A DNA stretch of 64,000 nt from Eledone cirrhosa (Eukaryota), in contig OZ024749.1 of assembly GCA_964016885.1 (NCBI GenBank), positions 37,200,001-37,264,000 on the forward strand, given 5' to 3'. Numbering within the stretch: position 1 is the stretch's first letter; the number at the start of each line of letters is the position of its first letter. A program made the translations under genes and the position numbers. The notes below the pieces were generated by a model. The model searched no databases, had not been told where the DNA came from, and saw nothing but the letters and a program-made list of their open reading frames with translations. Shown in pieces: positions 42,978 to 60,371 of this stretch.

Positions 42978-43947
42978 TCCTCGGTCTTTGTTTGACCCAG
43001 GACTGCAGCTCGGTTAGCGAGACGAGTCGTGAGGAATACGTGGAGATGCCGCAGCCTGAGCGCGTGTTTGCGCATCGTCAGCCACGACATTCCCAGCTCT
43101 CCGTTTGAAGGGTGTTGGCAGCAGATGGATCTTCTCACCAAAGGAGCCCATTTCTTCCAAAGCAATTGGAAGAGCGCGCGCTCCGTTTTTGGTGAGCGTT
43201 TTGGCTGGATAAGGCACAACGGTCAAGCGGTAGTAGATGGCGGACGCTATAAAAGTGTTCGCCACCTCCGCTCGACCTTTGAAGGATAGTTTGCACTCGG
43301 CCCACTTCTGGGTGAGCGCAAACACCTTGGCCGTCACCTCGTTCCAGTTCTTCTCCACCTGGAGGTCCGGACCAAACCAGATCCCGAGCAGCTTTACCGG
43401 TCCTTCCGTCCAGCGTCCGACGACGCCATCGGAACGCATCGGTTTGCCTCTCCACGTTCCGAGTTGCAAACCGACGGATTTGTCCCGCTTCAGCTTCGCT
43501 CCTGTGAACCTTTCGTATTCCTCCAGCAAGGTGCCGATCTTCCCGATTTGCGAGGTGCTCGACACCATTACTGTCATGTCGTCGGCGTAGGCCGACGCCG
43601 CTTTTCGCAGTCCCGCTTCCAAGGGGATGCCTTGCAAAGCTCCAACTTCCGCAGTAGTGGCTCGAGAGTCAGTAAGTACAGAAGGGAGGAGAGAGGGCAT
43701 CCGTGTCGAATGGATCGCGTGATATGGAACGGCTCCGAGAGGTAGCCGTTCACCTTGACCCTTGAGCAGATGTTGCTGCTGTGCATTGCAGCAATCCAGC
43801 CTCTGAACACGGGTCCGAAGCCTGCCGCCTCAAGCACCGCATCCAGGTAACGATGGTCAACCTATCGAAAGCCTTAGACTGATCCAAGTTGATCAGGGCC
43901 CCACCGAAGCCGGGTTTACACCCTACCCTCTCTCTGATGTATCGCAT
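42978..43947 (-). pseudogene. Tx1-like LINE RT fragment
   Basis: DQSKAFDR, RHGCPLS, YADD, VKLLGIWFG; (ATAG)n at the 5' junction. Confidence 0.9.
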
Positions 43948-43988
<41 letters not shown>

Positions 43989-44659
43989 GGTTGGAGAGAG
44001 GGTGGGAGAGATGGACAGACATGAGAAACGAGACAGACAAGGGAGAGTGTGAGAGAAAGTGAGGGAAAGAGAAAGAGAGAAGGAGAGAGAGAGAGAGAAA
44101 GAAAGAGAGAGACAGGCGAAAGAAACGAGAGAGATGGTGCAAGAGACCAAGAGAGAGGCCCAGCGAGAGAGGAGGAAGGAAAGACGGATGGAGAAAAGAG
44201 TGAGGGAAGGAAAGAGAGAGTGAGAGAGAGGTAGAAAGAGAGAGGGAATCTTGGAGAGAGTGAGAGGGACCTAGAAAGAGAGAGGAAGGAAAAAAGAGTG
44301 AGAAAGAGCTAAAAAGAGAGAGGGAAGTAAAGAAAGAACGAGAGTGAGCTAGAGAGTAGGTGGGGAATGAAAGAGAGAGTGAGCGGGAGCTAGAAAGAGA
44401 GAGGGGAGGAAAGTGAGAGTGAGAGAGAGATAGACAGAGAGAGTGTAGGAAAGAGAGTTAGAAAGTGAGAGAGAGCTAGAAAAAGTGAGTATTGTTACAG
44501 TAAAGTCATCATGTGGTAATTTGCTGGTCTAGAAAGAGAGAATGACATGGAGCTAGAAAGAGAGAGGGAAGAAAAAAAGAGTGAGAAAGAGCTAAAAAGA
44601 GAGATTGAGCAGGGGCTAGAATGAGTGAGGGAAGGAAAGAGAGAGTGAGATGGATCTAG

Positions 44660-44692
<33 letters not shown>

Positions 44693-45023
44693 AATGAAGG
44701 AGAGTTAGAAAGTGAGAAAGAGCTAGAAAGGGTGAGTATTGTTCTAGTAAAGTCATCATGCGGCAATTTGCTGTACTGTGGCGAGGGAAATTAAAAGAGA
44801 CTCTCTTGCTAATTGGTTTTTAAAAGACGTCAAGTCCAACTACCTGTAGATATATCAACATCACTCCGTCCCCTACAACACAAACACTACACAAGAAAGG
44901 AAACAACGATCGTTTGTGTAAACTAGAAACTTGATTCCTCATTGTTGTTATAAGCTTTATAGTGGGTTAATCGAATAAATTGGACGGATTCTCTCTCCCT
45001 CCTCCTCCTCCTCCCTCAATCCC

Positions 45024-45093
<70 letters not shown>

Positions 45094-45125
45094 TCTCCGT
45101 CTCTCTCTTTACACAGGCATATATG

Positions 45126-45157
<32 letters not shown>

Positions 45158-45169
45158 ATATTCTTCAGT

Positions 45170-45446
45170 GAGGAGGAGGCACGTGGCCTAGTGGTAAGGG
45201 TGTTGGACTTACGATCATTGTGTCGTGGGTTCGATTCCCGGGTTGCGTGTTGTGTGCTTGAGCAAAACACTTCATTTCACGTTGCTCCAGTATACTCAGC
45301 TGGAAATGAATACCAGCAATAGCTGGGGGGTTTAACTCTGCGATAGACAGGCGTCCTGTCTTGTACTCTCAGTCTCTTCACGCCATGAAACCGGGATAAG
45401 CACCGGCCAAATGAGCCTTCTGGCTTAAGAGAGACTTTAGACTTAG
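45170..45446 (+). mobile_element. tRNA-derived SINE of a second family (CORE- and V-like domains)
   Basis: A box TGGCCTAGTGG, B box GGTTCGATTCC, GTTGTGTGCTTGAGCAAAACACTT and CTGCGATAGACAGGCGTCCTGTC. 12-bp TSD ATATTCTTCAGT at 45158 and 45447. Confidence 0.85.
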
Positions 45447-45485
45447 ATATTCTTCAGTTCTCCTTTCCAGCGCTCACTCATTATT

Positions 45486-45552
<67 letters not shown>

Positions 45553-45681
45553 CATATATATTATTTGTACAGATTAAAGTGTAAGCCAAAAATCGGTGCT
45601 TTTTACCATTTTACAGGATCTTCTGAAACTAAAATCCATCCATTCTTCCATACCTGCATATATATATATATATATATATAT

Positions 45682-46174
<493 letters not shown>

Positions 46175-46332
46175 GGTATGGAAGAATGGACGGATGGATC
46201 TGTGCGTGCAAAGAGGTCGGATTTTAGTTTCAGAAGATCCTGTAAAATGGTAAAAAGCAGCGATTTTTGGCTTACACTTTAATCTGTACAAATAATATAT
46301 ATGTATATATATTACACACACACACATATATA

Positions 46333-46367
<35 letters not shown>

Positions 46368-46603
46368 ACGCGAAGAAATTCCTATGATTCCTAGTAGACA
46401 ACTAATGAAGGATATTCCTCTCTCTCGCCTGTAACTTGTATTTTTTTTATTATATATATATATATATATATATTTATTAAAATAACAGATTAAACTTTAA
46501 TCTGTTATTTTAATAAATATTTGCTCTACGGTTCTTATATATTTGATATATATTTATCCTTATCGAGCCCTCTTTGGATTTTAGTCTTCAAATTTATTAT
46601 TAT

Positions 46604-46663
<60 letters not shown>

Positions 46664-46815
46664 TATACATAAGCACACTGAACCTGAACCGATAAGGTCT
46701 GGTTTCTTGGGTATGTCACCATTTATAAAACAAATTTTGTATTTTATTTGAGTACCCTTGAAATATATATAATAAAAAAAATATGGTTTTATAAATATAG
46801 TTTCCATTTATTAAT

Positions 46816-46869
<54 letters not shown>

Positions 46870-47018
46870 AGGAATTGTAACACCAGTTTACTGTTTGTTC
46901 CACACAATGAGTCGGACCCATTCTATAGAGGTAGAACCTTGAGCTGATCAATCGCGAAACGCGCGTCACACCTGAATAAACTTAATGAAAATTTGACACT
47001 TCGTCCATACTTATTGTT

Positions 47019-47107
<89 letters not shown>

Positions 47108-47527
47108 GTCTATGTATGTATGTTTCAATGTATGTGTATATGTAAGTATACGTGTTTGTAAGTATATATGCTTGTATGTATGTATATGTGTGTGTATGTA
47201 TCACTTCTTTTCAACATCTGCAATCTCTGGCGATTTCATAACCATCTTTATAACTAAATATATCCCTCCATCTCACAATGACTCAGTCCAACACCACCAC
47301 CACCACCACCACCACCACCATCATCACCACCATAACCAGGTAAACGCTAACCTCGGTATGATTTGAACCCACAATATAAAGAGCTGGAATAAACTACGAG
47401 ATATGTTGGTCGAAGTGCTAACGATATCAATAGTCGGCCGCCTTTATATATATTTATAAATAAATGAATGAATGACTTTATAGTTATTTTCATTTTTTGA
47501 AGGAAAAAAAGGAAATAAATCGATTGT

Positions 47528-47970
47528 CAGATCGAACTAAGGAAACTATGTTTCATTGGTTATTCCATTGCTGATACTACCTGCTTGTCACAACTCTTGG
47601 TAGAAGAAAGTTATCAGCTATCAGATGGGACCAAGGAAACTATGTTTCCATTGGACATTTCATTGCTGATACTACCTGCTTGTCACAACTCTTGGTAGAA
47701 GAAAGTTATCAGCTATCAGATCAGACCAAGGAAACTATGTTTCCATTGGACATTTCATTGCTGATACTACCTGCTTGTCACAACTCTTGGTAGAAGAAAG
47801 TTATCAGCTATCAGATCAGACCAAGGAAACTATGATTCCATTGGACATTCCATTACCGATATTACCTGCTTGTCACAACTCTTGGCAGGAGAAAGTTATC
47901 AGCTATCAGATCAGACCAAGGAAACTATGTTTCCATTGGACATTTCATTGCTGATACTACCTGCTGGTCA
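47528..47970. repeat. 95-bp minisatellite, about 4.7 copies
   Basis: Unit starts at 47528, 47622, 47717, 47812 and 47907. Confidence 0.95.
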
Positions 47971-48513
47971 AAGATTCTAGCAGAATAAAGCGAATTTGAG
48001 CTCAAGTGACACAAAACCCGATTAGATATTACAAAACTTCCCGTCTATCACTATAATAATTTTACCAATCCAGAAGTGGTACATCATTTATCGACGTCAA
48101 ACCGATGACAAACAAAGATAAACACGGAGCTCAGTGAGACAGAAAAAAGAAACTGATTCTACACGAAATACCCAAGCCAACGAGCTGTTTTATATGAACA
48201 GATCTAAATTCACGAATATTTTAGAATTTAATTAAAAAACGGAAAGGGTTGAGGGCATTTTAATGAAGAGTAGAGTAAGGCAAAGGATGAGATTTTTTTT
48301 ATAATAACAATTTATATAAATAAACCAAACTATAAAATCTCCTCGTATTCTGTGTGGTACGGGCGTGGTGTGCTGCTATTAATGTTAGCTGTGAATGACA
48401 ACTTTAGATCTTTTTTCAAAGGAAGTCTAGCAAAAATTTAGAAATTTAGGTGCGCCTTAGAAACAGTCAAATATAGTATATATATATATGTGTGTGTATG
48501 TGGGGGGGTGTAC

Positions 48514-48713
<200 letters not shown>

Positions 48714-48785
48714 GTGTGTGTGTGTGTGTTGGTGTGTGGGTGTGTCACAGGCCCTATGCGCGTACGTGCATGCATATGGATTAGA

Positions 48786-48853
<68 letters not shown>

Positions 48854-48871
48854 TATATGTGTGTGTGTGTA

Positions 48872-48944
<73 letters not shown>

Positions 48945-48961
48945 ATATATACATATATGTG

Positions 48962-49013
<52 letters not shown>

Positions 49014-49027
49014 CATATATATATGTG

Positions 49028-49070
<43 letters not shown>

Positions 49071-49174
49071 GTGTGTGTGCGTGTGTATTTATAGATTTGT
49101 ACGTGTATATATATAAATATCTAATCCATATGCATGCACGTACGCACATAGGGCCTGTGACACACCCACACGCC

Positions 49175-49219
<45 letters not shown>

Positions 49220-49518
49220 ACACACCGTCCAGGATATATTCATACATATATAAAGATAGACACAGATGTAATAACACTATGAAAATCTTGAGTCTACCCC
49301 CATCACACAATCAACTCAGAAATTTGTCACATAGTCACATGGTCTTGTGGTTACATGATCAACATAGTCACATATGTGAGAATATAACAAGGAAAGGCTA
49401 TTTAAAGCTCCCTTTACGCTGACGTACGTTATGTCACATACTTAACGATAACACAGCAAAGGGGGGTAACAAAAACACCATCAATTACCAATTAAGTTGA
49501 TCAGTACATCACACACAC

Positions 49519-49629
<111 letters not shown>

Positions 49630-49785
49630 ATATATTATATATATATATATGTATATATATGTATATATATATATTTATGTATATATATGTATATCTATAT
49701 ATATATGTATATATATATATATGTATATATATATGTATGTATATACATACATATATATATATTTATACTTATATATATATATCTA

Positions 49786-49824
<39 letters not shown>

Positions 49825-50086
49825 ATATACATATATGCGTATATATATGTACATATATATATATATATATGCATATATATATATGTATATATGTATATAC
49901 ACATATATATATATATATATATATATATGCATATATATAAATATATACACACATATATATATATATATATATGCATATATATAAATATATATGCATATAT
50001 ATGCATATATATATGCATATATATATAATATATATTATATATATATACATATTATATATATGAATATATATATGAATATATTTGTA

Positions 50087-50127
<41 letters not shown>

Positions 50128-50164
50128 ATATATGTATATATAATATATATATATATATGTTAAT

Positions 50165-50205
<41 letters not shown>

Positions 50206-50262
50206 GGAATAGAATGAAACGAAATTTCATTTTGCATATATGTATATATACATAGATGCGTA

Positions 50263-50317
<55 letters not shown>

Positions 50318-50624
50318 AAATCTGTATGTATAAATATGCATATTGTTATAAAAACAACATTAATAATAACAATCGATGTTATTATACCTGCCCTGTTGGC
50401 CAGATCTCATAGTTGTATCTTAATTTTTTCTGTCTCCTTTGAAAAATGTAGTATTGTCTGGTGTACATATATACATATTTACACATATATACATATACAT
50501 ATCTATCTATATATATATATATACATATACGTACATATATATATATATATATACATATATACATATATACATATACGTACATATATATACGTATATATAT
50601 ACAAATATAAATATATATACATAC

Positions 50625-50673
<49 letters not shown>

Positions 50674-50729
50674 AACGAGTAGGACCCCGACGGCTGAGCT
50701 CAAGCCGTTTCGACGGCTAATTCTGGACA

Positions 50730-50792
<63 letters not shown>

Positions 50793-50839
50793 TTATATAT
50801 ATATATACATATATAAATGCATATATATACTCATATATG

Positions 50840-50891
<52 letters not shown>

Positions 50892-51002
50892 CATATATGT
50901 CAACATTAGGCGGTGCCACAGCATGGGCACAGTCTAATGACTGAAACTAATAATAATGTATACATAAACACAGACGCACACACACTAACAACTCCTTCCC
51001 AT

Positions 51003-51065
<63 letters not shown>

Positions 51066-51324
51066 TATTTGTGTAGGGAAGGGGTCTCCTTATAAACATG
51101 TTATATATTGAAAACAACTTTCTTTCTAATTTTACCATTTTGCTGCTAACGGTACTGTTCCTAATTCTTGTGTTATTCATGTATGTTTTCTTTGCAATAA
51201 GGAATTCCTGGTTATATTGAGATAGTTTATACACCTCCACCCCCATAGTCCTATATTCTGGATGGAATTATCACAGTTGTAGTTATTGTCTAATTGTGTG
51301 TGTAATTTGTGTAAACACACACGT

Positions 51325-51609
<285 letters not shown>

Positions 51610-52297
51610 TATATGTACAAATATACATACATATATATATATATGAATTTCCACATATTATATATATATGAATAATTCAAAAATAACAAGACGAACATAG
51701 AGATTTAAAAACACGAAGTCTAATTAGTTTCGCGCTTGAGAATGAAAATAAATGTTTTAACATATCAGACATTAGTCCTTCATTACTCAGAGAGGAGTGT
51801 GGAAAACAGGAAATTTTTATGATGGGTGAGGAGGGTATAAACCTAACCCTGCGTGAAGGGGTGGAGGCCGAACTGTAGAGTAAATGTATATACACATATA
51901 TACAACAATTCTTCTAAGCATGTTTAGTAGAATTACTGTAATCTGTCAGAAAATTCTATTGCTCTGAAAATACCCCAGGCACCGAGAAAGTTATCGCAGC
52001 AGCTATTCAAATTTAGACAGGGTAAGGCGCGAATGATGAAGCAAAATAGACTCCATAATTCCCAGTGACGAAAATCAAAGAAAACAGAACGTGTTCTATA
52101 AAATACATCCGACAATGTTCAGGAGAGGCATAAGAGAATACACCGTTTTCTCAGACGAATTGGCTGAATAGTTAGGAATTGAAATTGTCTTAAATAAAGA
52201 AGCCATTTATTAAACTGGGATAAAGACTAAACAAGAAGGTACAAGAAGGTACGAAAGCAAAGGCATGTGGCGTTTTGGCTAGAGCAGTTATCTAGAG

Positions 52298-52435
52298 CAG
52301 TGTCTCTGGTTCGTGAAAAAAAATAGTGGGGTATATTGATATTACGTCGATATAGCACTATTAGACTTTAGGGTTTTCCCCAAAAGTTTCTGAGCCAAAA
52401 AGGGTTCGGCGTTTGAAAATGTTTGGGAAACACTG
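52298..52435. mobile_element. Possible hAT/Charlie-like MITE remnant
   Basis: TCTAGAG-CAGTG at the start and GTTTGGGAAACACTG at the end; the right TSD is not conserved. Confidence 0.4.
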
Positions 52436-52621
52436 GGCGAGAGAAACACAACCTATCTCCTCAATAGTCAGTGAAAGAAGAGAGATTTGTGGTTAAAGAA
52501 GGGAAAGTGAGAAAGAATAGAATTTGGTGCAGTGGATGATAGAAAAATGAAGCTTAGCAAAGTTCGGTAAATCATATTGGACAATACAAACAATTCGGAA
52601 ATTGTTTGTTTGTATGTATTG

Positions 52622-52684
<63 letters not shown>

Positions 52685-52713
52685 GTTATGTAATAAACAA
52701 CATAAGGTAATTA

Positions 52714-52774
52714 TTTCATTTACCAGTGGTTTCTTAAAAGCAAACAAATTTTGCTTTCAATCATCAGAATGAAA
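52714..52774 (-). ncRNA. Type I hammerhead ribozyme motif
   Basis: Minus strand reads TTTCATT-CTGATGA-TTGAAAGCAAA ATTTG TTTGCTTTTAA-GAAA-CCACTGG-TA-AATGAAA, giving a 7-bp stem I and an 11-bp stem II. Confidence 0.85.
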
Positions 52775-53073
52775 AAATCCTGGTGTATCTATTGACATTG
52801 GATTTTAAAAGCTCTGTAACCTACATAGAGCACTCTTTTTTCCTGGACCTTTCCGACGGAATTACTTCATTTACATATATATATATATATATATACAGTG
52901 TTGGCTGGCAGGTTCATAGGCTGATTATGAAGGGAACGAGTGATGCTAGAGCTGGGAAATCTTGCATGCAGTGTTTCTTTCTGGAGATTATATTGAAAAA
53001 TAAACCTCATTTGGTCTGGTCATTCCATGAGAGTATCTTGGCCAGCCAATGATCCTTTCAGCCGATCCACGTC

Positions 53074-53120
<47 letters not shown>

Positions 53121-53139
53121 ATGTGAGTGTATGCATGTG

Positions 53140-53179
<40 letters not shown>

Positions 53180-53297
53180 TTATATATGTATGTGTGTGTA
53201 TGTATATATGAGTGTGTGGTGTGTGATATATCGTGAGAGAAGAATCAGAAAGAAAAAGGGAATAAGATTGTTATGGCGTTTTATGGATGTTGTATAT

Positions 53298-53374
<77 letters not shown>

Positions 53375-53456
53375 ATACATATATATATATATTTTTTTTT
53401 TATATATATGTATATTTTATATATACATGTATGAATCTATTACGCACACACACTTC

Positions 53457-53493
<37 letters not shown>

Positions 53494-53514
53494 TAGAGAG
53501 AGAGAGAGATTGTA

Positions 53515-53550
<36 letters not shown>

Positions 53551-53565
53551 CAGTATATATATTAT

Positions 53566-53624
<59 letters not shown>

Positions 53625-53653
53625 ATATATATATATATATACTTATATGTATA

Positions 53654-53713
<60 letters not shown>

Positions 53714-53776
53714 TATATATATATATATACATATATATAAGTATACATATAAGTATACATATAAGTATATATATAC

Positions 53777-53837
<61 letters not shown>

Positions 53838-53840
53838 TAT

Positions 53841-53891
<51 letters not shown>

Positions 53892-53894
53892 TAT

Positions 53895-53984
<90 letters not shown>

Positions 53985-54269
53985 CTGTGTTCGTGTGTGA
54001 TATATATACGTAAATCTTGCCAAGTCGTCCGGACACATGTAGATGAATGTCATGTTGAATGCGTTGAGCTGAGACCGAACCCGTTGCTTACTCAGCTGGT
54101 GGTCAGTATACAGCTGTCTCCCCTATGACCAAACCACTGCTAAATGACAACATCACATCACACCAACATGCCTTACAAAATATTCCCTTCCTAACTATTT
54201 TCTTATATGTCTGTTTTGTTTTATATGTTGATTATTATTATTATTATTATTATTATTGTTATTGTTATT

Positions 54270-54673
54270 CCTTGAATCTCAGTCATTGATGTTGGTTAAC
54301 TGGAAAGTCCGTTGGATTGAATATCAAGCCACTACCTGCAGCCTCAGATATTCAGGACGTATCGGAGGGTTCTTGCTGTTCCAAGCAAGCATGCCTTTTG
54401 AAGCGTTCCAAAAAGCGTGAAGGGGCCGATTTTCTTTAACCATCCCTGGAAACTTTTGGAGATAGTCCCCAGTGCGCCTATGACAATCGGGATCACTTTG
54501 ACTTCATGGCAGTTCCAAATCCTTTTCACCTCCCACTTTAGGTCCTGGTATCGGTTAATTTTCTCCCTCTCCTTCTCTTGCACTCTCGTGTCGAACGGGC
54601 AGGCCACATCCACAATCAGACACGATCTTTTTTCTTTGTCCACAACCACCAGGTCAGGTCTATTGTGTTCCAG

Positions 54674-54678
<5 letters not shown>
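54270..54678 (-). mobile_element. Dong/R4-clade LINE 3' fragment (restriction-like endonuclease domain)
   Basis: HNRPDLVVVDK..IVDVACPFD..EK..RYQDL..IPIVIGALG..LQKACLLGTAR, with (TAA)n on both sides, the known Dong target. Confidence 0.88.
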
Positions 54679-54705
<27 letters not shown>

Positions 54706-54845
54706 CATTATTACTATCATCCCCCACCTGCACCTCACCACCTCACTCCATTTATTCCATATAAACCACCCTTTAGTTTTCGTCCTTGTCTTCTTCACAA
54801 TGTCCTGTGCCCTTGTGGTCAATAAAGGTGATTATTATTATTGTG

Positions 54846-55283
54846 AGGGTGGTGGATTGGCAGTATTGGTAGAGGGTCGGACGCCATCTTTCGAGCATAG
54901 TTACGTCCCTTTACGGTCTGAATTCAAATCCTGCCGAGGTTAACTTTGCCTTTCATCCTTACGGGGTCGATAAAATAAAATACCAGTAATACACTGGGTA
55001 ATTGCTGGCCTTGTGCCAAAAGTAGAAACAATTATTATTGTGAGGGTGGTGGATTGGCAGTATCGGTAGAGGGTCGGACGCCATGCTTTGCAGCATAGAG
55101 TTACGGTCCTTTACGGTCTGAGTTCAAATACCGTCAGGGTTAACTTTGCCTTTCATTCTATCGGGGGTCGATAAAATAAAGTACCAGTAACGTTTAACGT
55201 ACTGGGGTCGATTTAATCGACTTTCTCCCCCCCCCCCCCCTCGAAAATTGCTGACCTTGTGCCTATATGAGAGGCCATTATTA
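54846..55283 (+). mobile_element. Two tandem Nin/Deu-like SINEs
   Basis: Family match; short-tail and long-tail variants. Confidence 0.85.
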
Positions 55284-55364
55284 TTAGTGTTTTCTTTATT
55301 AACCAAAAAAGGTCCACATCAAGAAAATCGTTATAATGGTACAGAACGAAAATATAAAGTATGT

Positions 55365-55435
<71 letters not shown>

Positions 55436-56511
55436 CGTGTGTGGGTTTTGTGTGTAAACAAATTTTAACAATGTTAAAAAAAAGATAACAATACAATTAA
55501 AACAAAGAAGGTTCCTCAATAGGGGGGAGACGTTGAAGGGTCATTCGTGGAAGAAAAAAGCCCCTCATAAAACTACGGATGCTCTGATGTTTAGGGCAAG
55601 TGCCCTGTCGCAGTTATATTCCTCCAATCTACAGGCTTACACTGAGAGCGGGCCCATTATTATCATTAGAGGAATTAATTGTTTCTACGTTTGGCACAAG
55701 GCGACCAATAACCCAGTACATTACTGGTACTTTATTTTCTCGAACCCGTAAGGCAAAGTTAACCTCGAATGAACACAGCTTCACTGTAACAGATACCTAA
55801 ATATGGAATGTTACTCGATGTACGGCGGACAGGATGGAGACGGCGTTCCCCCGAAGGACGGTGGTTTGTATTGTGGAGGACGTTGTTGTTGTAGAAGTGT
55901 TGGTGGTATTGTTGATGTGCTCGTTGTTGTTGTTGTAGTGATGTGATGTCGTTGTGGCAATAGGATCGTTTGTAACATTGTTCATTGCGGTGGTTGTTGT
56001 TATTGTATCAATGTTGCTGTGGCGGTAGTGAATCAATGGTGATAGTTTTCTTCTTTTTATTTTCACTGCAAGGCTTATTATTTAACCGGCATCCAAGTAA
56101 TTTAACCAACATCTATGTAATTTCACTCAGAAAGCTTGAATTCACCGGAGGATTTGGTAAATAAAACTTGCCCTAGAGTCATATCAGGAGGATGAAATCC
56201 TGTGGCTAATTATTGCGAAATTAACTCCCTAATATTTCAATCATGTTGCCCCTATTCTATACACTAGAATCAGAATTTTGCTACTCGTCCGGCTGAAAAA
56301 TAAAATGTAATTTACCTATACATGTTTATCTGGCTACCTATGAGACTGCATAGTATTGAAGGTTTTATTGTGTATTTTGAAGATAGATGTAATGCCTTCC
56401 ACAAGACCATAACTCCTCACCTGCTCCCAGTAAACAAAGATGATAGGATCGCAAGCCCATCACATACCCCCATTATGCCACAATAACTAGACGATACCAG
56501 TTAGACTAGAG

Positions 56512-56807
56512 CAGTGGTTCCCAGCCTGGGGCGCACGCCCTACAGGGTAGCAATTTAGAAATGATGTTAATGAGAGCAAACTTCAGATTTTACTCTATTA
56601 CTTTTACACCAAGGCAAATTTGGATGAAATTATAGTCGGGTCCTCCTGCCTCACCTCCTCCACAAATGTTACTGTGTATCTGGCATCACCCACACGCCAA
56701 TTTGTTTACACTTTGTAGTTGATCATCGCTGTTTTTATGTCAAAGTGGAGCATAAAAATGTTTAGATGTTGAGGTGGGTCATAGGGCAGAAAAGGAGGGG
56801 GTCATTG
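56512..56807. mobile_element. hAT/Charlie-like MITE
   Basis: 8-bp TSD GACTAGAG/GTCTAGAG; termini CAGTGGTTCCCAGCCT...CATTG. Confidence 0.7.
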
Positions 56808-57105
56808 GTCTAGAGTAACTTAGAGACGTAACTAGCTGAGTATTCCAGGTTTTGTCACAAAGATTACACATAATTTAAGAAAACTGAAAACATGTTCACT
56901 ATAGAAAAAATTGAAAATGATAACCCCAGAATGAGAACCCGAAACGATGGTTTGATAATTCTCATTTCTAATTCTATTTCCAGGTAAATAAATTTCATTA
57001 TTCCGGGGAATTCTGATATTTTCACCTGCTGGTTCTTGCTATCTGATTAAAACTAACTTAACAAGCTCCATAAGGTTCACTCACCCCCACCCCTCTCATT
57101 ATATC

Positions 57106-57149
<44 letters not shown>

Positions 57150-57222
57150 ACATTCGTTACTTCTGTCAATCTCATCTACCATATCTTCCTTGCCTTCCTG
57201 CTGATTGTATGTATGTTTGTAT

Positions 57223-57265
<43 letters not shown>

Positions 57266-57427
57266 ACATAAAAAAACGGAGAACCAGTGGTGCGACGAAT
57301 AATATTTATTAGACATATTACAATCGTTTGTCTGACGACCAGCTCGAGTCACGATCGATGCAATGATCAAACCTGACTCTGACATCGCAAGATCCTCGGA
57401 TATGTCTCGATTCTATGAAGCAGAGTT

Positions 57428-57524
<97 letters not shown>

Positions 57525-57668
57525 AGTATATATATATATATACATATATACACAACATTTTACATATATACATATATACACAACATTTTACATATATACA
57601 TATATACACACCATTTTACATATATACATATATATATATTTATATATAAATATATATCTATATATATG

Positions 57669-57726
<58 letters not shown>

Positions 57727-57790
57727 TATGTCTATGTATGCATATATATGTATACACTTATGTATATATGTATATATATGTATATATATG

Positions 57791-57883
<93 letters not shown>

Positions 57884-58254
57884 ACACATAAATGCATACA
57901 TATATATGCATACGCACACATATATGCATATGTACTTACATAGACATGCATACTTGCAACATACATTGGATTCAATTTACCATTTTCTCTTAGTAATTCC
58001 CGGAAGTTTCCTGTGAGAAGCGATGTACTGTTTAATATGGCCCTAGGCCCTTGTTGATGGTGCAACAGGTGGCATAAAATAACCCTGATCATATCGGCAG
58101 TAACCATAGTGACACATATGTTGTTTTATGCTTGTTTTAATTTAATTGGAAAGGTGGCATTTTTAGGTAACGTGTTTTTTTTTAGCTATGTGCGTGTGGG
58201 TACATATATATATTATACATATGTATATGTATATATTTATATATATATATGTTA

Positions 58255-58285
<31 letters not shown>

Positions 58286-58469
58286 GTTATATATATATAT
58301 ATATATATACATACATATATATGTTATATATGTAGATATATGTATGCATACATGTATATATTTATATATCTATATATATATAGATACATATACATATATA
58401 TATATATAGATACTTATACATATATATATATATATAGATACATATACATATATATATATATATAGATAC

Positions 58470-58593
<124 letters not shown>

Positions 58594-58594
58594 G

Positions 58595-58669
<75 letters not shown>

Positions 58670-58702
58670 ATGTATATATATATATATCTATATATATAGA
58701 CA

Positions 58703-58786
<84 letters not shown>

Positions 58787-58799
58787 CATATATACATAG

Positions 58800-58847
<48 letters not shown>

Positions 58848-59027
58848 GGGGGGGGGGAGAGAGGCATGGGCAGGGAGACCACATGTCTCAGCAGAGGTAG
58901 ATTTGAAAATCTCCAGATTGTTAGTCAGGGAAATAATTAAAATACGAAATGATGTTGCGTGTTTCAGAAGGTTCTAATCTGTGAATAAACCCCGTGAAAC
59001 ATGCATGGATATTGCATATGTCTGTAC

Positions 59028-59080
<53 letters not shown>

Positions 59081-60087
59081 TGTGATGTGTGTGTGTGTGT
59101 ATTTATATGTGTTTGTATGTGTGTGAATGATGTGTGTATGTGTGAATGTGATGTGTGTGTGATGTGTGTGTGTATTTGTATGTCCGTGTTGATATGACTG
59201 TATTTGTATGTGTGTGTGTGTGCGTCTGTGTGTATGATGTGTGTATGATGTGTGTATGTGTGAATGTGATGTGTGTGTGGTGTGTGTGTATTTGTATGTC
59301 CGTATTGATATGATTGTATTTGTGTGTGTGTGTGTGTGTATGATGTGTGTATGTGTGTGTGTGATGTGTGTGTCTATTTGTATGTCCGTGTTGATATGAC
59401 TGTATTTCTATGTGTGTGTGTGTGTGTGTGTGTATGATGTATATATGTGTGAGTGTGATGTGTGTGTGTGTATATATTTGTATGTCCGTGTTGATATGAC
59501 TGTATTTGTATTTGTGCATTTGTATGTGCATGTTTGTGTGTGTGTGTGTGGATATGTGTATATGACTATGTGTGTGTATGTGTGTGGACCTGTGTATGTG
59601 ACTGTGTGCGTGTGGGTGGACCTGTGTATGTATGTGTGTGTGTTTGTGTGTGTGCGTGTCTGTGTGTGTGTGCGTGTGTGTGCGTGTGAGCGTTTGAGTG
59701 TGTGTGTGTGTGTGTGTGTGTGTTTGAGCGTGTGTGTGTGTGTATGTATGCGCGTTTGAGTGTGTGTGGTGCGCGTGTGCGTTTGAGTGTAAGAGCGTGT
59801 GTGTGTGTGAGTGTGTGTGTGTGTGTGTGCGTGTGTGCGTTTGAGTGTGTGTGTATGTGTGTGTTTTATAATAACATTTCTGATATAGGTAGGCGAATAC
59901 AGCCACGAGGAGATGGAATAAGTAAAGTCGATTGGTTGTGACTCCATTACAAAACACCTCAGGCTGATGTAAATATAAGCGCAAACACGGACAAGGGGGC
60001 ACATATACATACATGCATTACATACATAGATATATACATAGATATATACATAAACTGGCATACACACTAAAATTAGAATTCGTGATT

Positions 60088-60137
<50 letters not shown>

Positions 60138-60181
60138 ATATATGTATATATATATGTATATGTATATATATGATATATATG

Positions 60182-60218
<37 letters not shown>

Positions 60219-60225
60219 GTGTGTA

Positions 60226-60269
<44 letters not shown>

Positions 60270-60290
60270 GTATATATATATATATTTGTA

Positions 60291-60371
<81 letters not shown>

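Noticed and set aside
52894-53070. Mariner-like terminus TACAGTGTTGGCTGGCAGGTTCATAGGCTGA
   Set aside because: No convincing matching second TIR was identified.
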